A DNA stretch of 62,112 nt, filler included, from Caldilineae bacterium (GCA_037446815.1; 3 parts of 3 records of this genome joined end to end with filler, not necessarily neighbours in it); one strand, 5' to 3'. Numbered from the whole stretch's first letter, positions 31,674-43,551 are shown. The notes: a model not told the origin generated them from the sequence alone. Translations and numbers: made by a program.

Positions 31674-31930
31674 TCCGCCTCCTTCTCGCGCTGCTGCCGC
31701 AGGCGCCCTACAATGGTATCGGGCTGCAACGCCGCCAGCGCCAGGTGTCCCGTGTCCAGGATGATGACCGACTTGGTGCGGCGGCCGTAGGTCATGTCAA
31801 TGATGCGGCCGGCGTCGTTGGCGTCGCGAATCATCCGCTTGATGGGGGCCGAGTCGGGGCTGACGATGGCCAGGATGCGGTTGGCCGCCACCACCCCCCC
31901 GAAGCCGATGTGCAGCATTTCTGCTCGCAT
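31670..31930 (-). CDS. DUF370/RemA family regulator
   Basis: LHIGFGG.V...RI.AIVSPDSAPIKR...DMTYGRRTKSVI; upstream of gmk. Confidence 0.9.
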   Translation of the reverse strand: MRAEMLHIGFGGVVAANRILAIVSPDSAPIKRMIRDANDAGRIIDMTYGRRTKSVIILDTGHLALAALQPDTIVGRLRQQREKEAE

Positions 31931-32032
31931 AAGTCCTCCTTTTCGGTCATCTACGTGTGCTCGCTGCGCCCTGCGCTCCCGCCCTCAGCGGGAGTGTGCC
32001 CGCCGCAAGGTCGCTCAGTGTGTGCGCGCATT

Positions 32033-32310
32033 GCATCTCGCCCGACCTCTCCCCTCGGCCTCCCCGGGGGTGAGGTGCGCACCACTCGCGCGAGATTCTT
32101 CGCGGCTTCGCCGCTCAGAATGACAGCAGGTCTTGTGTCATGCTGAGCCGAAGGCGAAGCATCTCGCCCGACCTCTCCCCTCGGCCTCCCCGGGGGTGAG
32201 GTGCGCACCACTCGCGCGAGATTCTTCGCGGCTTCGCCGCTCAGAATGACAGCAGGTCTTGTGTCATGCTGAGCCGAAGGCGAAGCATCTCGCCCGACCT
32301 CTCCCCCTCG
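32033..32310 (+). repeat. 126-bp tandem direct repeat (about 2.2 copies) of palindromic modules
   Basis: Identical units start at 32033, 32159 and 32285. Confidence 0.9.
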
Positions 32311-32417
32311 TTCCCCTTCTCCGCCCGCGGAGAGGGGGAGGCCGAAGGCCGGGGTGAGGTGCGCATGACCACCTCGGGAGATTGCTTCGGGCACTGCGTG
32401 CCCTCGCAATGACGGCT

Positions 32418-32441
32418 ACCAACAGACTTTGGAACCGAATT
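32418..32441. mobile_element. Solo MITE terminal inverted repeat
   Basis: ACCAACAGACTTTGGAACCGAATT. Confidence 0.7.
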
Positions 32442-32457
32442 CCGGGCCCACGTCCGC

Positions 32458-32486
32458 TTGCAGCCACGCGCCTCTCTTCATATAAT
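32458..32486 (+). promoter_or_regulatory. sigma70-type promoter
   Basis: TTGCAG-17 bp-TATAAT. Confidence 0.7.
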
Positions 32487-32519
32487 TGCAGTCAGAACAA
32501 TTCCTCTGCGGAGATGAGC

Positions 32520-32918
32520 ATGCCAATCTACGAATACCGATGCCATGACTGCAGGCGGCGTGTATCCATCCTGTGGCGCTCGCTCTCGGAAGCGGAATCG
32601 GGCGAGGCCCGCTGCCCGCGCTGCGGCGGAACGCGCCTGACCCGATTGGTCTCGCGGGTGGCCGTGCTCCGCTCCGAAGAGGCGCGCCTGGACGCCCTCA
32701 TGGACACCGACGGCCTGGGAGACCTGGACGAGAACGACCCGAAGAGCATCGCCCGCTGGATGCGCAAGATGAGCAAAGAAATCGGCGAGGACGCAGGCGA
32801 AGAGTTTGAGGAGGTCGTTGGCCGCCTGGAGGCCGGCCAGACCCCCGAACAGATTGAGCAGGAGATGCCCGACCTGGGGCTGGGCGGTGCCGACGACGCT
32901 TCCATAGACACCGACTAG
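32520..32918 (+). CDS. FmdB family zinc ribbon protein
   Basis: MPIYEYRCHDC...CPRCG...RLVSR. Confidence 0.9.
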   Translation: MPIYEYRCHDCRRRVSILWRSLSEAESGEARCPRCGGTRLTRLVSRVAVLRSEEARLDALMDTDGLGDLDENDPKSIARWMRKMSKEIGEDAGEEFEEVVGRLEAGQTPEQIEQEMPDLGLGGADDASIDTD

Positions 32919-33244
32919 AACCTCGCGATCTGCTCCACGTTCACGACGAACACCGTAGCCCCGCCCACTTGCACCTCCACCGGCGTGGGCATGTATAGTT
33001 CGCCCGGCTCCATGATGGGCGGGAGCGGGTTTACAAACTGGGTGCGCGTGTGGCAGTTCTGGCGGACGGTCTCCAGCACCTCCGGCACCTTCGCGTCCTC
33101 GGTTACGACCAGAATCGTGGCGTTCCCCTCGCGTAGGAACCCGCCCGTGGTGCTGATGACGGTGGCGCGGTGGCCCTTGCGCAGAAGTTGATCCACGAGA
33201 GGCCGCGAGTCATCTGAGTTCACGATGCTGATGATGAGTTTCAT
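32915..33244 (-). CDS. darA: Cyclic-di-AMP receptor, PII-like (DarA/PstA)
   Basis: MKLIISIV, STTGGFLREGNAT, VQVGGATVFV; follows tmk. Confidence 0.9.
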   Translation of the reverse strand: MKLIISIVNSDDSRPLVDQLLRKGHRATVISTTGGFLREGNATILVVTEDAKVPEVLETVRQNCHTRTQFVNPLPPIMEPGELYMPTPVEVQVGGATVFVVNVEQIARF

Positions 33245-33327
33245 CCCTTCCTCCTCTCATGTGCGAGTGCGCGGCGTAGCACTGGACGAACGCGGCATAG
33301 GAAAACGGCCGCCGCCTCCAACGGGAA

Positions 33328-33968
33328 TCACTTCTGACCCTGCCCGCGCTCGGCCATGAGCCTATCCACCTCCGCGCGGATGGCAGACTGAACGGCGTCA
33401 AAGGGCAGCGTCGCGTCCACGATGCGCCAGCGTGTCGGCTCGGCCAGCGCCATCTCGCGGTAGCCCGCACGAACCCGCTCGTGATACTCGCGCTGGCGGC
33501 GTTCCATGCGGTTCCACTCGTTGGCGTCCTGGCCCCTCTTGCGGGCCAGGCCCACCTCCACGGGCACGTCCAGCAGGAACGTCAGGTCGGGCTGTAGCCC
33601 GCCGGTGGCAAAGGCGGTGATGGCCCGCAGCGCCTGCAAATCCAGGCCAAGCCCGTACCCCTGGTACGCCAGCGTGGAATCCGCGTAGCGGTCGCAGAGC
33701 ACCATCTGCCCCCGAGCCAGCCGCGGGCGGATTTCCTGCCCCACCAACTGCGCCCGCGCCGCCGAGAACAGGAGAATCTCCGCGGCGGGTTGCATCTCCG
33801 TGAATTCCGGGTTCAGCACGATGTTGCGCACCAGGTCGCCGATGCGCGTGCCTCCCGGCTCCCGGGGCGCGTACACGCTGAACCCCCGGGTCTCCAGATG
33901 CCCCCGAAGCGCCTGCAACTGGGTCGTCTTGCCGGAACCCTCTGGCCCCTCAAAGGTGATGAACAGGC

Positions 33969-33972
<4 letters not shown>
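33328..33972 (-). CDS. tmk: Thymidylate kinase
   Basis: [37 protein letters not shown] start overlapping upstream stop. Confidence 0.93.
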
Positions 33973-35563
<1,591 letters not shown>

Positions 35564-35567
<4 letters not shown>

Positions 35568-36553
35568 GTCAACACATCGTGCCGCGCCGCCGTGGGCGTC
35601 CGCGCTTCCGCCCGCTTGTCAAAGGCCACAGCAGGCGCGGGCTGCGCTTCCCGCACCGGCACGGCATTCTGCCGCACCAGCACCGACTGGCTCGTTACGA
35701 ATCGGAAACCGGCGTCCTGGAGCGGGCCGCGCAGGTTCACCTGGTACGCCCGCGCGCTGCAGAATACGGTCCGCGTTCGGCGGGGCACCAGGGCCAGCGC
35801 GTCGCGAATCACCTCTGCGGTCCGGTCGGCATGCTCCGGATGGATGACCACGCGCAGCCAGCACACGCCGTTCCCGTACGCCATCCCCACATAGGCCAGA
35901 ATATCGTCGCCCGCCCTCCACACGTAGCGCGCGTCGCCCGCCAGGCCGGGGGTGGGGCCGGCGTTGGCCATGCCCTCGGCTACCCGCACGGCTTTCGGCG
36001 TCGCCGCCGCGTACAGCCGCCCGATCCCCCAGCGGTCGCTCTCGCTGTCCACAGGCTCCAACAGTCCGACCCCCTCCGTCGCGGGCAGTTCCCGCAGTTG
36101 GAACACGTCCTCCCGCGTGTACAGGACAAACCCCGCGTCCAGGAACAGGTGCGCGGCCTCCAGTTCATCGGACAGGCGCACGAAGACCCGCTGCACGCCG
36201 AGCCGCGCCAGGTACATCCCCATACCCGCAAGCAGGCTCCGCCAGATGCGCTCTGCCTCGGGCGCATCCAGGCTCGGAGCCAGGCGCACCAGGTCGGCTT
36301 CTTCGCCCCCGACGCGCAGCCGAACCTGCCCGAACCCCTCCAGCACGGGGCTGGCGTCGGTGTCCTGGAACACCGCCGTGCAGAACGGCCCTTCGGCCAG
36401 GGAGCCGTGGCCCAGCAACGCCGCCCACAGCGGGTTTCGCGCCCGCATCAGCGCGTGCTCCAGGTCCAGCACCGTGCTGGCGTGTTGCAGCCGATATAGG
36501 ATTGGGATGTGCTGTACCCCAAAGGGCTTGACGCTCTCCATCGTACCCGCCAC
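35564..36553 (-). CDS. Hypothetical protein, degenerate tandem GNAT-like fold
   Basis: In operon with overlapping stop/start; 'LFLDAGF' and 'LQDAGF' GNAT-like ends. Confidence 0.6.
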
Positions 36554-36620
36554 TCCTCTGCTCGGAGGCGGGGCATGCGCGCGGCAGGATGGGATGGTGC
36601 GGTCGCGGCACGAGCGAATG

Positions 36621-37208
36621 CTACGCTTCCGTCCTCTCTCCGGTCATCCTCACAAAGTACTGGTGGAACCGCAGGTCATCCGTCAGTTCCGGGTGGAAGG
36701 CTGTTGCCAGCAGGTTGCCCTGGCGCGCCGCGACGATGGCCCCGTCCGACAGCCGCGCCAATACCTGCACCCCCAGCCCCACCCGCTCAATCAAGGGCGC
36801 ACGGATGAAGATGGCCCTGAACGGCATATCGCCACCCAGTTCCGGCACGTCCAGCAACGTCTCAAAACTATCCACCTGACGGCCAAATGCATTGCGCCGT
36901 ATGGTTACATCCATCAGCCCGATGAGCGGCTGCGCCAATCCGCCGATGTCCCGGGCCAGCAGGATCATCCCCGCGCAGGTGCCCCAGACCGGCCACCCAG
37001 AGGCGGCCCGTGCGCGTATCGGCTCAATCAGCCCGTAGGTTACCGCCAGTTTGCCGATGGTGGTACTCTCACCGCCCGGGATGATGAGGCCCGACAGCCC
37101 CTCCAACTGCTCCGGAAGGCGGACTTCGCGGGTGTCCACGCCCAGCCGTTCCAGGGCCTTGCGATGCTCAATGAATGCCCCCTGCAATGCCAGCACGCCG
37201 ATTGTCAT
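36621..37208 (-). CDS. pdxT: PLP synthase glutaminase subunit
   Basis: GVLALQG, PGGESTT, GTCAG, RNAFGRQ, FHPE. Confidence 0.97.
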   Translation of the reverse strand: MTIGVLALQGAFIEHRKALERLGVDTREVRLPEQLEGLSGLIIPGGESTTIGKLAVTYGLIEPIRARAASGWPVWGTCAGMILLARDIGGLAQPLIGLMDVTIRRNAFGRQVDSFETLLDVPELGGDMPFRAIFIRAPLIERVGLGVQVLARLSDGAIVAARQGNLLATAFHPELTDDLRFHQYFVRMTGERTEA

Positions 37209-37250
37209 AGGCGACCCTCTGCCCCGTGTTGTCTGCGATGGTGTGTTGGG

Positions 37251-38141
37251 TTACCAGCCGCGCCCCGCCAGGAGTTGTTCCTGCGGGATGGCGCCGATTT
37301 CCAGGCCGGGCATCGCCTCGCCCAGGCCCTTGGACACCTCGGCGATGATCTTCGGGTCGTTGTAGTGCGTTGTAGCCTCTACGATGGCCTTGGCCCGCCG
37401 GGCCGGATCGCTGGACTTGAAGATGCCGGAACCCACGAAGACGCCGTCCATCCCCAGTTGCATCATCAGCGCGGCGTCGGCCGGGGTCGCGATGCCGCCC
37501 GCGGCGAAGTTGACCACGGGAAGCCTGCCCAATTGCGCCACTTCCTTCACGAGTTCGTAGGGCGCGCCCATCTCCTTGGCGGCCTTCATCAGTTCCTCCG
37601 GCGCCATGGACGTGAGACGACGGATCTCGCCCATGACGGCGCGCGCGTGTCGCACGGCCTCCACCACGTTGCCGGTGCCCGCCTCGCCCTTGGTGCGGAT
37701 CATGGCCGCGCCCTCGGCGATTCGGCGCAGCGCCTCGCCCAGGTTGCGGCACCCGCAGACGAAGGGCACCTTGAACTGGTGCTTGTCAATGTGGTGCTCC
37801 TCATCGGCGGGCGTGAGCACCTCCGACTCGTCAATGTAGTCCACGCCCAGCGCCTCCAGCACCTGGGCCTCCACGAAATGCCCGATGCGGCACTTGGCCA
37901 TGACCGGGATACTTACGGCGTCCATGATCTTGAGAATCAACTCCGGGTCGCTCATGCGGGCGACGCCGCCGTGCGCCCGAATGTCGGCAGGGACGCGCTC
38001 CAGTGCCATCACCGCCACCGCGCCGGCGTCCTCGGCGATTCGGGCATGCTCGGGCGTTACCACGTCCATAATCACGCCGCCTTTGAGCATCTGAGCCAGG
38101 CCGCGCTTTACCGCCACTGTGCCCGTATCTCTCGGCTCCAT
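37251..38141 (-). CDS. pdxS: PLP synthase lyase subunit
   Basis: [39 protein letters not shown]. Confidence 0.97.
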   Translation of the reverse strand: MEPRDTGTVAVKRGLAQMLKGGVIMDVVTPEHARIAEDAGAVAVMALERVPADIRAHGGVARMSDPELILKIMDAVSIPVMAKCRIGHFVEAQVLEALGVDYIDESEVLTPADEEHHIDKHQFKVPFVCGCRNLGEALRRIAEGAAMIRTKGEAGTGNVVEAVRHARAVMGEIRRLTSMAPEELMKAAKEMGAPYELVKEVAQLGRLPVVNFAAGGIATPADAALMMQLGMDGVFVGSGIFKSSDPARRAKAIVEATTHYNDPKIIAEVSKGLGEAMPGLEIGAIPQEQLLAGRGW

Positions 38142-38187
38142 GTCTTCATACCTCCATACCGCTGATTCTTGCTCCCGTTTCTAGCCT

Positions 38188-38216
38188 ATTCTATACGCAT
38201 TGAACACCGTTGACAA
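38188..38216 (-). promoter_or_regulatory. pdxS promoter
   Basis: TTGTCA-17 bp-TAGAAT on minus strand. Confidence 0.7.
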
Positions 38217-38231
38217 GTCTCCGCCACAAGG

Positions 38232-38382
38232 GACTCGGTTCCATCTTGTGTTGGTCTGCCCCGCGCGCCGCCTCTCCACTTTGTCATGCTGAGCCGAAGG
38301 CGAAGCATCTCGGTCAGCGAGATTCTTCGCGGCTTCGCCGCTCAGAATGACGGTAGATGCCAGCGGACTTTGGAACCGAGTC
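38232..38382. mobile_element. MITE (151 bp) with 8-bp target duplication CCACAAGG
   Basis: GACTCGGTTCCA...TGGAACCGAGTC; duplication at 38224-38231 and 38383-38390. Confidence 0.88.
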
Positions 38383-38584
38383 CCACAAGGACACACCGCG
38401 GGGGCGCAGAAGGCGCAGAGGGCACAGACCGCGGGCCATTCTCAGCGTCGCGGGGCTAAAGCCGCCGCGCTAAGGGTAGCACGGGGCGGCGCGTCCGGCC
38501 TGCCCGCTCGCGGAGGGGGCGGGCACGAAGGCGAGGTCGGGCGGGTGGCTTCCCTTCGCCCGCAATGACGGATGGGTGCAACGT

Positions 38585-38609
38585 GCGACGCGCCTCGGAG
38601 GTGCGTCGC
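38585..38609. repeat. GACGCRCCTCGGAGGTGCGTC hairpin repeat
   Basis: Second copy at 44106-44140. Confidence 0.6.
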
Positions 38610-38762
38610 GCGTTCCCCTTCGCGCGGATTCGCGGTTACAAGAACTGTCATTCTGGGCGGCGAAGCGCGGACGAATCTCGCGTCCCCATTCGTGTTATCT
38701 GTGGATACACACGGCCCGCTTTGCCCCATCAGGACAGCAGAACGCGCAGACCGCGCAGGAGC

Positions 38763-40430
38763 CTAGGGCGTGGGCGTCGGCGTGGGCGTGCGCGTGCCCG
38801 CGAGCCACACGAAACTGCGCGGGGCGCTCTCCGCGCCGGCGGCAGGCCATAGGTCCGCGTTGCCCGGAATCCCCTCGCTGACCCGCACCCGCACGCTCAC
38901 GCTCCAGTACAGCCGTCCCGACGGCGGTCGCAACAGCCAGACGTAGGCGGGCACCTGCCACTGGGTGTCGCGGGTAACGCCTACCTCCTCGCCCCGCTCG
39001 TGGGGAATGCGCACCACGTACCACTCGTCATCGGCCAGCGGCCCCACATCCGTCCAGCGCAGGACGATGGCCTCCTGAGGCTCAAAATGCATCTCGTTGG
39101 GCGGCGCCAAGAGCGTGGGTGCGGGATGCAGCGCGCGCGTCGGCGTGGGGGTGGGCGGCTGGGGCGTGGCCGTGGGCGCGGGGGTCCACGTGGACGTTGG
39201 CGGGGGCGGCGTCGGCGTGTCGGTCGGCGCGGTCGTCGCCGTCGGCGTGTCCGCTGGCTGCGGCGTATCCGTCGGCGCGACCACCACGGGCGCCGTGGCC
39301 GTGGGCGCGGGCGTGGGGGGCTGGGTGGGACGAACGGTGGGCGTAGCCGTCGCGGGCGGCGAGGCGACGGGCCTGGGCCGTGTCAACGCCCAGATGCCCC
39401 CGCCGATGAGTGCGACAGATGCGGCCAGCGCCAGGATGGCGGCGCCGTACCGACGCCTGGCTGTCCTGCGCGGCCGCGCCGATGGCATGGCGGCTTCGGG
39501 CGACTCCCCGCCCAGCACGCGGGTAGCCCTGCGGAGCCATTGGCGCGCCTCGGCGTCCTTGGGGTTCAGGCGCAGGGCGTGGCCAGCCAGTTCGGCGACC
39601 CGGTCCCACTGACCGAGACGGGCCGCCGCGCGGGCCTGTTGCGCCAGCGCCTGCGCCCGCCGTCGCTGCTCCTGGCGACGGCGACGGCGACTTTCGCGCG
39701 GGGGTGGCCCCGCCGTCTGCGCGGCCTGCACGAAAGCATCGCTGAACTCGCGGAAATCCGCGAAAGCCTTGCCCTCGTACCCCACCCCGCGCATGAGGAC
39801 GCGCCACATCTCCGGCCCCAGGCGGTCCTCGGCCCGCCGCCAGGGGATGCCCGGGCGGCGCATGGTGGCGTCGGTGCGGGAGAAGGGCGCGCCCACCACC
39901 ATCTCGTGCGCCAGGTTCGCCAGCGCCTCCGTATCCTTCTCCGGCGTGTGGGTCCCCAGCGCCATGCCGAAATCCAGCACGGTTACCTGATCGTCGTCGC
40001 TGAGCCAGATGCTGCGGTCCTGCAGGTTGCCGTGGGAGAGCCAGCGCTCGTTGAGGTACTGGAGCGCGTCCGCGATTTGGCTGACGATGAAGGCGGCCCG
40101 CAGGGGGAAGATGGGGCTTTCGGCGCGCAGGCGGTCGGCCAGGGTAACGCCTTCCGCCGGACGGAAGGACAGAAACGGCAGCCCTTCGGCCTCGCCGACT
40201 TCGTAGACCTGGGGCAGGTTGGGGTGGCTGAGGCTTGAGGCCAGGCGCGCGGCGCGCTGGAACTGCTCCGCGGTCGCGGGGTCTGACGCCAGGTCGCCAT
40301 CCAGCACCCGCACCCACACGTCGCGGTCGTAGTGGGTGTCGTGGGCGCGGTAGATGGTGCCAAATCCGTCGCGCAGCACCACACCGCGCAGTTCATACCG
40401 TCCAAATTGGCGCGGAAACGTCTCGGCCAT
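38763..40430 (-). CDS. Membrane Ser/Thr kinase-like protein (probable pseudokinase) with Pro/Thr linker and extracellular domain
   Basis: Hanks-type N-lobe and DFG present, catalytic motifs degenerate; one TM helix. Confidence 0.75.
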   Translation of the reverse strand: MAETFPRQFGRYELRGVVLRDGFGTIYRAHDTHYDRDVWVRVLDGDLASDPATAEQFQRAARLASSLSHPNLPQVYEVGEAEGLPFLSFRPAEGVTLADRLRAESPIFPLRAAFIVSQIADALQYLNERWLSHGNLQDRSIWLSDDDQVTVLDFGMALGTHTPEKDTEALANLAHEMVVGAPFSRTDATMRRPGIPWRRAEDRLGPEMWRVLMRGVGYEGKAFADFREFSDAFVQAAQTAGPPPRESRRRRRQEQRRRAQALAQQARAAARLGQWDRVAELAGHALRLNPKDAEARQWLRRATRVLGGESPEAAMPSARPRRTARRRYGAAILALAASVALIGGGIWALTRPRPVASPPATATPTVRPTQPPTPAPTATAPVVVAPTDTPQPADTPTATTAPTDTPTPPPPTSTWTPAPTATPQPPTPTPTRALHPAPTLLAPPNEMHFEPQEAIVLRWTDVGPLADDEWYVVRIPHERGEEVGVTRDTQWQVPAYVWLLRPPSGRLYWSVSVRVRVSEGIPGNADLWPAAGAESAPRSFVWLAGTRTPTPTPTP

Positions 40431-40463
40431 GTCGCCCCCATCGCACTGCGGCAACGCGGGCGC

Positions 40464-40493
40464 ATTCTAGCACAGAACGCGGGAGACGCGCAA
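40464..40493 (-). promoter_or_regulatory. Promoter of kinase-like gene
   Basis: TTGCGC-18 bp-TAGAAT with extended TG. Confidence 0.55.
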
Positions 40494-40510
40494 GCGCGGA
40501 CGCGGAGCGG

Positions 40511-40685
40511 GATTCGGTTGCAAACTGTGTTGGTCTGTCCCGCGCGCCGCCTCCCCACTCTGTTATGCTGAGCCGAAGGCGCCGCTCCCTCGCCCTTCGG
40601 GAGAGGGCCGGGGTGAGGGGCGAGATTCTTCGCGGCTTCGCCGCTCAGAATGACAGTGGATGCCAACAGACTTTGGAACCGAGTC
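40511..40685. mobile_element. MITE (175 bp) with 9-bp target duplication GCGGAGCGG
   Basis: GATTCGGTTGCAAACTGTGTTGGT...CCAACAGACTTTGGAACCGAGTC; duplication at 40502-40510 and 40686-40694; degenerate older end follows at 40694. Confidence 0.88.
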
Positions 40686-40842
40686 GCGGAGCGGGCTCCG
40701 TTCCATCGGGTGTTGGTGTGGGGTAAGAACACACGGCAGAGGCGCAGAGGTTGGACGATTCTCCGCCCGTCTCTCCGGTGCAAGGCCCCTTCCCTTGCCC
40801 GAAACGCCCTTCCGTGGTAGGATGGCCCCAACGGAGGGCGTC

Positions 40843-42102
40843 ATGCGGCGCGCGCTTGCGGTACTGGTGGCAACAATCCTGCTGGGGCTGACGGCCCTGG
40901 CCATCTTCCTCGGCCTGTCGGTGTGGTGGCCGCGGGTAGGCCGCGCGCCGACGCCGCCACCCGCGCCCACCGCCCCGCCGAGCGCGACCCCATCGCCCGA
41001 AACCCATCGGCTCACGCTGCCCAACGTCTCGGTGCCGGGCGCGACGATGACGCCCACCATCGCCCTGGCGCAGATTACCCTGCCGACGCCCGCGCCACAG
41101 CCCACGGCCACGCCCATCGCCCTGCCGACCCACGCCCCGACAGCGGGAGCGTTCGCGGCCGCATCGGATCGGTGCGCGGGCATCGTTACGCGAACGGGCG
41201 CGCAACTGACGCTGGACGGCAAGCCCTTCCGCTTCATCGGCACCAACTCTGCCTACTTCATGGAGCCCTACTTCCCCGAAGCGGAGATCGCGCCCATTCT
41301 GGCGTTCATCGGCGAGACGTTCCCCAACGCCGTGTTGCGGCTGTGGGTTCTTCCGGGCTGGGACCTGGATCGGCTGGGGCGCGTGCTGGATGCGGGAGCC
41401 AGGCACGGCGTGCGCTTCCTCATCACGCTGGACGACTACCATCGCGGCAAGAGCGAGCACTGGTTCCAGAGCACATTCCGCATGGATTACCTTCCCCACG
41501 TTAGGGCCGTGGTGGAGCGGTTCCGCGAACATTCGGCGGTGATGGGGTGGGAACTGATGAATGAGCCCACCTGCGGGCCGGAGGGGTTCTCGCAAGCGTG
41601 TCTGGACGCCGAATTCGGCTGGGTCAAGGAGACATCGGAGGCTATCAAGGCGCTGGACCCGTGCCGGCCGGTGTCGGTGGGAACCATCGGCTACCTGTGG
41701 GGATCGGAGCCAGACCGCGCGAACTTCCGCCGCATGCACGCGCTGCCGTCGGTGGACCTGGTCAGCATCCACAAGCAGGTGGGGTCCGAGGAGAAGGAGA
41801 TCGTGGACTTGGCGCGGGGCCTGGGCAAGCCGTGGTTCTTCGGCGAGGTGTACTACCGCGTGTACGACGACGCGTGCCGCCCCATCCGCTCGGAGATGCC
41901 GGCCGAGCGGGCCGACGCGGTGGCCGCGGACATCCGCAGCAGTCTGGACGCGGGCGCCAGCGGCTACCTGCTGTGGCAGTATGCCGCTGGGCCGGTGGAC
42001 ATGGGCGGGCGCGTCCAGTGGTTCTGCGGGTGGTATGAGTATTTCCGCGACGACCCCACCCACGCGCGCATCCGGGACACGGACTGGGGCCTGAGCCGGT
42101 GA
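40843..42102 (+). CDS. Membrane-anchored glycoside hydrolase, GH5-like (mannanase-like)
   Basis: LDGKPFRFIGTN, GWELMNEP, SIH, KPWFFGE, GYLLWQY; Pro/Thr linker. Confidence 0.8.
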   Translation: MRRALAVLVATILLGLTALAIFLGLSVWWPRVGRAPTPPPAPTAPPSATPSPETHRLTLPNVSVPGATMTPTIALAQITLPTPAPQPTATPIALPTHAPTAGAFAAASDRCAGIVTRTGAQLTLDGKPFRFIGTNSAYFMEPYFPEAEIAPILAFIGETFPNAVLRLWVLPGWDLDRLGRVLDAGARHGVRFLITLDDYHRGKSEHWFQSTFRMDYLPHVRAVVERFREHSAVMGWELMNEPTCGPEGFSQACLDAEFGWVKETSEAIKALDPCRPVSVGTIGYLWGSEPDRANFRRMHALPSVDLVSIHKQVGSEEKEIVDLARGLGKPWFFGEVYYRVYDDACRPIRSEMPAERADAVAADIRSSLDAGASGYLLWQYAAGPVDMGGRVQWFCGWYEYFRDDPTHARIRDTDWGLSR

Positions 42103-42161
42103 GGGCGTCGCCCCCTCGCCCGCTGGGAGAGGGCTGGGGTGAGGGCCACGCTCCCTCGCCC

Positions 42162-42261
42162 NNNNNNNNNNNNNNNNNNNNNNNNNNNNNNNNNNNNNNN
42201 NNNNNTTAATTAATTAANNNNNNNNNNNNNNNNNNNNNNNNNNNNNNNNNNNNNNNNNNNN
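42162..42261. other. Assembly gap with artificial linker
   Basis: N runs flanking TTAATTAATTAA. Confidence 0.95.
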
Positions 42262-42497
42262 CGCCCGCGCGCACACGCCCCCGCGCCCCCTCCGCCACAC
42301 TCACCGCGCTAGGCGCATGTGCGACCGCATCCATGCCCTTCCAAACATCTGGTGTCTTTCCACGCTGCATTGATGTAGACGACGCTGAACACCAATACTC
42401 CCGTTATGGGGACATTCACGTGAACTTCCTGGAACTCCAGTTTCACATCGGAAGGCGCGGTGATCTCGGTTATCGGAGCATCTTGTCCTGCTCAGAG

Positions 42498-42758
42498 TCA
42501 GTAGTCGCAGTCTTCACTCTCATCCCAGTAGTCGTAGTCTTCACTTTCATCGTAGATCAGCCAGAAGTCGGGCGGGAACCCGTAGTCGTAGTCGGGTTCG
42601 TAGAAGTGGGGTTGGGGGGTGGGCTGGGGGTTCGGGCGTGGGGGCAATCCGCGCAACTTCCGGATAACAGTGTCAACGGCTGAGGCCACGATGTAGACGA
42701 TTGCCAGCAGCATGAAGAGCACCGCGAAGCCGCCGAACACTATGAAGTCAATCCACAT
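42498..42758 (-). CDS. Small single-TM protein with Pro-rich linker and Asp/Tyr-rich tail
   Basis: GGAGG RBS; MWIDFIVFGGFAVLFMLLAIVYIV...YDESEDYDYWDESEDCDY. Confidence 0.6.
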   Translation of the reverse strand: MWIDFIVFGGFAVLFMLLAIVYIVASAVDTVIRKLRGLPPRPNPQPTPQPHFYEPDYDYGFPPDFWLIYDESEDYDYWDESEDCDY

Positions 42759-42891
42759 TTGTCCCTCCATTGTGGACAGTATCCGAGCATGGTTTTGGAC
42801 GTCAGGGCCAGTTGCACGTCCCGCAACGAGCCGATAATGACGTATCCATGCCCTTCCAGGCATTAGGCGTCTTTCGACGCACCCAGCACGG

Positions 42892-42993
42892 TCAATAGCC
42901 GAGCCGGTACAGGACCTTGCCTACGATCACGACTCGCTTGGGATCTTGCGTGCTGTTTTCCAACTGGTCCGTCATGAGGTACTTGAGGTTCAT
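42892..42993 (-). CDS. 33-aa small ORF coupled to RNase H gene
   Basis: ATGA overlap with RNase H stop, AAGGAG RBS; MNLKYLMTDQLENSTQDPKRVVIVGKVLYRLGY. Confidence 0.4.
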   Translation of the reverse strand: MNLKYLMTDQLENSTQDPKRVVIVGKVLYRLGY

Positions 42994-43430
42994 TTTGCCA
43001 TCTCCTTTACAGCATTTCGGGCAAGCTCGTCGGCGCGCTTCCCTTGTTCAGACGAGCATCGGGCGACCCAGTAAACTCGTATCTTGGGATTCCGGGCAAG
43101 GGCCTTCGCGAGGCGTTCCCAGAGATCCACGTCGGGAACGTTCCGCCCGGTCCACCACCGCCACTCCGGGTCTGCCCATTTGGGTAGTGTGCCGTCGGCG
43201 ATGGCCCTGGGGATGATGCGGTAATCCGTGAAGATCCTGACCGGGCAGTTCGTGTTGGCGAAGCGTTCCGCCACGGCGAGAACGGCCTGGAGTTCCATGC
43301 GGTGGATGGTGGTGGACTCCGCCTTGCCCTGGAGGATCTCCTCGGAGTCGGCGTTTCGGATCACGGCCACCCACGCCCCCGGCCCGGGATTCCCAAGACA
43401 CGATCCGTCGGTGTAAGCATTGTAGGTCAT
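42990..43430 (-). CDS. rnhA: Ribonuclease HI family protein
   Basis: YTDGSCLGNPGPG, TTIHRMELQA, FTD, DLWERL, WV...RADELA. Confidence 0.88.
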   Translation of the reverse strand: MTYNAYTDGSCLGNPGPGAWVAVIRNADSEEILQGKAESTTIHRMELQAVLAVAERFANTNCPVRIFTDYRIIPRAIADGTLPKWADPEWRWWTGRNVPDVDLWERLAKALARNPKIRVYWVARCSSEQGKRADELARNAVKEMAK

Positions 43431-43551
43431 GGTTCACTCCGGGTTGCCAAAGTCCGTATCCATGCCCTTCCGGGCATTAGTTGTCTTCCCTCGCGTTCCC
43501 AGGGTGGGAGGACCGCCCCATTGCAGGGCGGCCTCCACCTTGGCTTCCAGA

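Noticed and set aside
32033..32310. 126-bp tandem as a CRISPR array, or as the 152-aa ORF 31951-32409
   Set aside because: Units are identical with no unique spacers; the ORF is just a translation of repeat DNA.
42327..43492. Calling this a canonical CRISPR array
   Set aside because: Intervals are 478-577 bp, repeats are diverged and no cas genes are visible; reported as CRISPR-like repeats instead.
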